Shown here: in pieces, positions 59,763 through 64,000 of the stretch
Position numbering within the stretch: the stretch's first letter is position 1
Layout of the letters: the number at the start of each line of letters is the position of its first letter
The notes under the pieces: model-generated
What the model was told of the DNA's origin: nothing
Database searches by the model: none
The model's input: the letters and a program-made list of their open reading frames with translations, nothing else
Translations under genes and position numbers: made by a program
Source: a bacterium
GTDB lineage: Bacteria; Oederibacteriota; JAJYGY01; DAIDJD01
DNA length: 64,000 nucleotides
Direction of reading: 5' to 3'
NCBI GenBank assembly: GCA_035485275.1
Contig: DATHOE010000024.1
Span: forward strand, 43,334-107,333

Positions 59763-60776
59763 ATGCCAAACACAAAAACCGTCCCGCGGGCCGGTGTTTT
59801 AGCGCTGGTTTTGGCCCTCATGGCCCCCCAGCTGAAGGCCGATGTGCAGGCGCGTGTGAACGTCCTGGCCCATGCCCTGGCTTCCGCGGACGTCCAGGCC
59901 CAGAGCCTGGCCGTGGCAGGCTTCACCGACGCTTCCGGCCAAAGGCCGCCCTTCGCCCTGAGCCTGGAAGCGGACTTGCGCCAGGCCCTGGCCCATTACA
60001 AGAAACACTGGAAGGTGCTGGCTGTGGGCGCCCCGACCGCGGGCGCGGACGCCATGCTCACCGGAACCTTCCAGCGTTACGGCACGGACATCCTGGTGCA
60101 CGCGGAACTGCGCTCCCAGCCCGACGGCGGCGTGCTGTGGCGGCGCAACGCCGTCCTGGACGGCACGGAGGTGACGGACACGGATCTGCCCGGCGCGCCG
60201 GTCGACCAGGACAAGGGTTCGCTGGCGGCCGCGGGGCCCATGTCGACCGACGAGGACCAGGTGGTCCCCACCCTGCCCTGGGGCAGCCGGGGCCTGCTCG
60301 AGCGCTTCGACAACTGGCTCGACGTCTCCATCGCCTACAAGGCCTATTTCCCCACCAACGGGAATTTCCAGTCCGTCGCGGGCAAGGTGCAGAACGGCGT
60401 GTCCGTGGGGGTCGACATCGACGACGTGTTCCTCTGGGACGTGGACTTCTGGAACCAGGCCGTTTCGAACTTGGGCACCGCGCAGAGCCTGGACTACAAC
60501 GGCACGGACTTCGCCCTGGTCTATCCCTTCCACCTGGGGGACCACTTCACCCTTTATGCCGGTCCGGGCGGGCGCTTCGGCGAGATCTCGGTCAACGATC
60601 CGGCCCTGTGGGACCAGGGCGCGGGCTTCGGCAACAACGCTTTGGAGGCCGTGGCCGGGGTCAAATTCAGGGCGGACGAGGTGGGGCTGGATCTGCGCTA
60701 CAGCGGGGACCTGGTCTCCAGCTACACGGGCTACAACACTTTGCGCTTAGGGGCCTTCTATGAATTCGGGCGCTAA
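59763..60776 (+). CDS. hypothetical exported protein, possibly OM beta-barrel
   Basis: Signal peptide; alternating-hydrophobicity C-terminal half ending …LRLGAFYEFGR (aromatic-rich terminus). Confidence 0.5.
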   Translation: MPNTKTVPRAGVLALVLALMAPQLKADVQARVNVLAHALASADVQAQSLAVAGFTDASGQRPPFALSLEADLRQALAHYKKHWKVLAVGAPTAGADAMLTGTFQRYGTDILVHAELRSQPDGGVLWRRNAVLDGTEVTDTDLPGAPVDQDKGSLAAAGPMSTDEDQVVPTLPWGSRGLLERFDNWLDVSIAYKAYFPTNGNFQSVAGKVQNGVSVGVDIDDVFLWDVDFWNQAVSNLGTAQSLDYNGTDFALVYPFHLGDHFTLYAGPGGRFGEISVNDPALWDQGAGFGNNALEAVAGVKFRADEVGLDLRYSGDLVSSYTGYNTLRLGAFYEFGR

Positions 60777-60780
60777 GGCG

Positions 60781-61320
60781 ATGGCGCGCGCGCGGCCCCT
60801 GGCCTGGTTCTCCCTGCTCTTGGCCGGGGCTTTCGCCTTCCTGGCCGCGGGTTGTTCGGACCACGGGCCGACGAATCTGTACAGCAACCCCCTCTTCGGC
60901 CAGACCCAGAGCGGGGCCACGATGCAGATCTGGGGCGGCTGGGAGAACTCGCTCAGCAGCACGGCCGGGGTTGGGCCTGACCAATATTTGGTGAAGATCA
61001 AGAACCTGGGTTCAGGGGCCATCATCGGGCCGGTCACGGCCCACGTGACCATGGTGCCGGCCTGTTCCGGGACCGTGATGCAGAACTACGCCGGCACGCC
61101 GACCGCCTCGCAGACCGTGATTTTCGGCGCCCAGAACCAGGCCATCTATTCCGGCGAGACCCTGGTGGGCTACGCCTCCGACATGAGCGGCCCCTACCAG
61201 TATTCGGTGGAGGTTGCCTTCCCGAACTCCTGCTCCAACACCACGGACACCTTCAGCGTGACGATGACGGACAGCAAGGCGGACCAATGGTCGGGGACCT
61301 TCACCGGTTCGAACATTTAA
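60781..61320 (+). CDS. hypothetical lipoprotein (lipobox LAAGC)
   Basis: MARARPLAWFSLLLAGAFAFLAAGCSD signal/lipobox; start chosen at the Met after the upstream stop (the track ORF begins at 60760, overlapping the previous gene). Confidence 0.6.
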   Translation: MARARPLAWFSLLLAGAFAFLAAGCSDHGPTNLYSNPLFGQTQSGATMQIWGGWENSLSSTAGVGPDQYLVKIKNLGSGAIIGPVTAHVTMVPACSGTVMQNYAGTPTASQTVIFGAQNQAIYSGETLVGYASDMSGPYQYSVEVAFPNSCSNTTDTFSVTMTDSKADQWSGTFTGSNI

Positions 61321-61340
61321 ATTTTCACGGAGAGGAAGTC

Positions 61341-62045
61341 ATGAAAAAAACAGCCATGATTTTTTCGCTGGCCTTCGCGCTGGCCGCCGCCGGCGCCCTG
61401 TGGGCGGACTCCGCGCAGTCCAGCGACGACACCGTGACCCTGAAGGACGGGCGCATCCTGCACGGCCAGGTGGTGGAGGAAAGCAACGACGACGTGGTGG
61501 TCCTGGTGCAGGGCGTCCAGCGCAAGTTCGGGCGCAGCTTCATCAAGAAGATCGTCTACGGCAAGGGCCCGGATGAGGCGCTCGCCTCGCCCGCCCCGGC
61601 CCAGTCCTCCGCCCCCGCGGCGGACGGAAACCCCTACGCCGCGCCCTCGGGCGGCGGGAGCGTCCCGGACGCCCCCAAGGGCGACATGGTCTCGGACCTG
61701 GCCCTGCGCTACAAGGTCCCGGTCAGCGACGTGATCTGGGTCCGCAAGCAGGGCATCTCCGACGCGGATCTCCCCCTCGTCTTCCTGGTGGCCGCCACGG
61801 CCCAGGTCATGCCCCGGGCGGTCGTGAAGCTGCGCCTGGAGGGCTGGGCCTGGGACGACATCGAGACCCATTTCGGCATGAACTCACAGTACATCTATTA
61901 TGACGACGGCCCCTGGGGCCCCTATCCCTACTACTACTACCCGGGCTGGTGGGGAGGCTGGGGTTGGGGCTGGGGCGGCGGTTGGAGGGGCGGCTGGGGC
62001 GGCCACTATGGCGGCGGCCATTGGGGCGGCGGTCACTGGCACTAG
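61341..62045 (+). CDS. secreted protein with C-terminal Gly/Trp/Tyr/His-rich low-complexity tail
   Basis: RBS GGAGAGGAAG before the ATG; signal peptide MKKTAMIFSLAFALAAAGALWA; terminal …PYPYYYYPGWWGGWGWGWGGGWRGGWGGHYGGGHWGGGHWH. Confidence 0.6.
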   Translation: MKKTAMIFSLAFALAAAGALWADSAQSSDDTVTLKDGRILHGQVVEESNDDVVVLVQGVQRKFGRSFIKKIVYGKGPDEALASPAPAQSSAPAADGNPYAAPSGGGSVPDAPKGDMVSDLALRYKVPVSDVIWVRKQGISDADLPLVFLVAATAQVMPRAVVKLRLEGWAWDDIETHFGMNSQYIYYDDGPWGPYPYYYYPGWWGGWGWGWGGGWRGGWGGHYGGGHWGGGHWH

Positions 62046-62091
62046 ACCCGAGATCCGATCTCATAGCTCATAAATAGCGCATAAACAAAAA

Positions 62092-62121
62092 GCCCTGCCA
62101 ATGCGGCAGGGCTTTTTGTTT
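62092..62121. terminator. bidirectional intrinsic terminator between convergent genes (GCCCTGCC-AATGC-GGCAGGGC, flanked by A-run and TTTTTGTTT)
   Basis: Perfect 8-bp stem with 5-nt loop, T-tract downstream on the + strand and A-tract upstream (T-tract for the - strand). Confidence 0.65.
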
Positions 62122-62159
62122 AGCCATTCACGGATGCGTGTACGAGAGAGAACAGTGCC

Positions 62160-62906
62160 CTAGATCTGGATCCTGGAGAACAGCCTGCTTCCCAGGACCA
62201 GGCAGGCGGCCGTGAGCAGGCCCAGAACGGCCAGGTCCAGGCTCAGGGGGAACTGGGAGGCCCCGGTCAGGGTGCCGCGCAGGCCGTCCACGCCGTAGGT
62301 CAGGGGGTCGAAGCGCGCGAGCATGGCCAGGGGCCCGGGCGCGCTTGCGAGGGGGAAGATGGCCCCCGACAGGAAGAAGATGGGCATGACCAGGAAGTTC
62401 ATGATGAGCTGGAAGCCCTGCATGTCGTCCAGCACCGAGGCCATGGCCGTGCCCAGGGCGGTGAAGAAGAGGGCGATCATGAAGAGGAAGCCCAGGGCCA
62501 TGGGGAACAGCGCGTAGTCCACCGGACGGAAGCCCACGGCCAGGCACAGCAGCAGGACGATCATGCCCTGGATGGTGGCCACGGTGGCGCCGCCCAGGGT
62601 GCGGCCCGCCATGATGGTGAGCCGCGACACCGGCGCCACCAGGGTCTCCTTGAGGAAGCCGAACTGCTTGTCCCAGATGACTTCGATGCCCGAGAACATG
62701 GCGGTGAAGAGCGCGCCCATGGCGATGACCCCGGGCGCGAGGAACTGCAGGTAGCTGCCGCCTCCGGCCTTCTGGTACATGGGGCCCAGGCCGAAGCCCA
62801 GGGCCAGCAGGAAGAGCAGGGGCTGGCCCAGGGAGCCGATGATGCGTGCGCGGGAGCGGAAGTAGCGTTTGAGCTGGCGCAGCCAAAGGATGTGCAGGAC
62901 CCGCAT
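62160..62906 (-). CDS. ABC-2 family transporter permease
   Basis: In-frame Met (MRVLHILWLRQLKRYFRS…) 2 nt after the ATPase stop; six-TM ABC-2 profile. Confidence 0.8.
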   Translation of the reverse strand: MRVLHILWLRQLKRYFRSRARIIGSLGQPLLFLLALGFGLGPMYQKAGGGSYLQFLAPGVIAMGALFTAMFSGIEVIWDKQFGFLKETLVAPVSRLTIMAGRTLGGATVATIQGMIVLLLCLAVGFRPVDYALFPMALGFLFMIALFFTALGTAMASVLDDMQGFQLIMNFLVMPIFFLSGAIFPLASAPGPLAMLARFDPLTYGVDGLRGTLTGASQFPLSLDLAVLGLLTAACLVLGSRLFSRIQI

Positions 62907-62908
62907 GC

Positions 62909-63712
62909 TCAGCGCCTCCACATTCTGCGCATCTTGCGCATCTGGTCGGTGCTGGAGGCTTCCTCGTGGCGTATGCCGTGCCCGGTGAGATGGATGAAGG
63001 CCTCCTCCAGGCTGGCGGTCCCGGTGGAGGCCTTCAGCGCCTGCGGGGTCTCCTGCACGAGGATCTTTCCGTGGTCGATGATGGCCACCCGGTTCGCGAC
63101 CCGGTCGGCTTCGTCCATGTAATGGGTGGTCAGGAACACCGTGATGCCTTCCTTGCGGTTGAGCTGCTGGATGTATTCCCAGATGTGGTTGCGGGTCTGG
63201 GGGTCCAGGCCGACGGTGGGTTCGTCCAAGAAGAGCACCTTGGGATGGTGCAGCAGGCCCCGGGCGATCTCCAGACGCCGCTTCATGCCCCCGGAGAAGG
63301 TCTTGACCGGGCTGTCCTTGCGGCCGAGCAGGTCCACGAAGCCCAGCATCTCCTCGACCCGGGCGCGCAGCTGCGCGGCGGGCACGCCGTAGAGCACGGC
63401 GTGGAGCTCCATGTTCTCCCATGCGCTGAGCTCGTCATCCAGGCTGGGGTCCTGGAACACGATGCCGAAGGAGCGGCGCACGGCCTCCTTGTCCACAGCG
63501 GCGTCGTGCCCGTCCAGGCGGATGCGGCCCTGGCTCGGGTTCAGCAGTGTGGTCAGCATCTTGATGGTGGTGGTCTTGCCGGCCCCGTTGGGGCCGAGAA
63601 AGGCGAAGATCTCGCCGGCCTTCACGCGGAAGGATATGTCGTCCACGGCCTTGAAATCGCCGAAGGATTTCGAAAGGCCTTCGACCTCGATGATGTCGGC
63701 GCCCTCGGACAT
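62909..63712 (-). CDS. ABC transporter ATP-binding protein (ABC-2/DrrA-like)
   Basis: Walker A GPNGAGKTTT, signature FSGGMKRR, Walker B VLFLDEPTVGLD; the start overlaps the upstream stop (TGATG). Confidence 0.85.
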   Translation of the reverse strand: MSEGADIIEVEGLSKSFGDFKAVDDISFRVKAGEIFAFLGPNGAGKTTTIKMLTTLLNPSQGRIRLDGHDAAVDKEAVRRSFGIVFQDPSLDDELSAWENMELHAVLYGVPAAQLRARVEEMLGFVDLLGRKDSPVKTFSGGMKRRLEIARGLLHHPKVLFLDEPTVGLDPQTRNHIWEYIQQLNRKEGITVFLTTHYMDEADRVANRVAIIDHGKILVQETPQALKASTGTASLEEAFIHLTGHGIRHEEASSTDQMRKMRRMWRR

Positions 63713-64000
63713 CAGCGGGTCACCGCCACTTTTTCCGTGCTGGTGTCGATGGGCAGACCGAAATTGGAGTCGAACAGCGCGTCCACCTTGGCCAGCTCCT
63801 CCGGGGTGAAGGCGGGCGTGGCCGGGGCCGCGGCGAAGGCGGCCAGCTGGGCCTCGTCGTAGATGTTGGGCAGGCAGGCGGTCACTTCCTTGTGGGCCAG
63901 GATGTACTGCAGGGCCGCCTGGGCCAGGCTGCGCCCGCGGCCTTCGGTGAGGAAGCCCAGCTGCTCGATCTTCTGCAGGCCCTGCTCCATCCACACCCGC
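63712..64000 (-). CDS. aldo/keto reductase, C-terminal portion (5' end beyond window)
   Basis: …LAQAALQYILAHKEVTACLP… and the …FGLPI… C-terminal region are typical of AKR family proteins; frame open to the window edge. Confidence 0.65.
   Translation of the reverse strand, partial: RVWMEQGLQKIEQLGFLTEGRGRSLAQAALQYILAHKEVTACLPNIYDEAQLAAFAAAPATPAFTPEELAKVDALFDSNFGLPIDTSTEKVAVTR

Noticed and set aside
62128-62886. 252-aa minus-strand ORF overlapping the ABC-2 permease in another frame
   Set aside because: Pro/Gly/His-rich; the permease frame gives a proper six-TM protein.

Overview
High-GC (roughly 65-70%) bacterial chromosomal segment, probably from an uncultivated diderm-type lineage (lipobox signal peptides, LpoA-like lipoprotein, FtsEX-EnvC, OM-type proteins). 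About 60 protein-coding genes; no rRNA, tRNA, CRISPR array, transposase or integrase was recognised. Coordinates follow the supplied ORF track; starts were re-derived from in-frame Met/Val positions and RBS context, and the track reports GTG/TTG starts as M. (1) 1-26.4 kb: co-directional plus-strand housekeeping block with frequent 1-4 nt start/stop overlaps: proS (3' part), GT4 glycosyltransferase, tmk, holB, tatD, trpD-C-F-B-A coupled to a GAF/HD-GYP phosphodiesterase, accD, LpoA-like lipoprotein with an apparent CTG start, hisS, cysK, DUF92 and DedA-like membrane proteins, ftsE-ftsX-envC-ctpA-yibQ, tsaD, dusB, TPR lipoprotein, coaD. (2) 26.4-42.4 kb: accessory island, mostly minus strand: three tandem YfhO-like GT-C membrane glycosyltransferase paralogs headed by a BrnA-like RHH gene, spoVG, and a lexA unit that appears to begin with a 36-aa hydrophobic peptide gene behind an AT-rich promoter island carrying two CCATAC-N4-GTATGG palindromes. 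The island also holds an orphan sigma54-dependent response regulator, a PMT/ArnT-like GT39, a polytopic membrane protein, a zinc-ribbon SAM methyltransferase and a truncated fourth YfhO-like copy abutting hrpB. (3) 42.4-64 kb: hrpB, MFS transporter, two ECF sigma/anti-sigma modules with FlgD-Ig-like proteins, metH, GyrI-like, cupin, lipA, degenerate GH18-like, suhB-like, ABC-F, envelope/secreted proteins (one with a Gly/Trp/His-rich tail), ABC-2 exporter and a partial AKR. Most long antisense ORFs in the track are GC-driven shadow ORFs.
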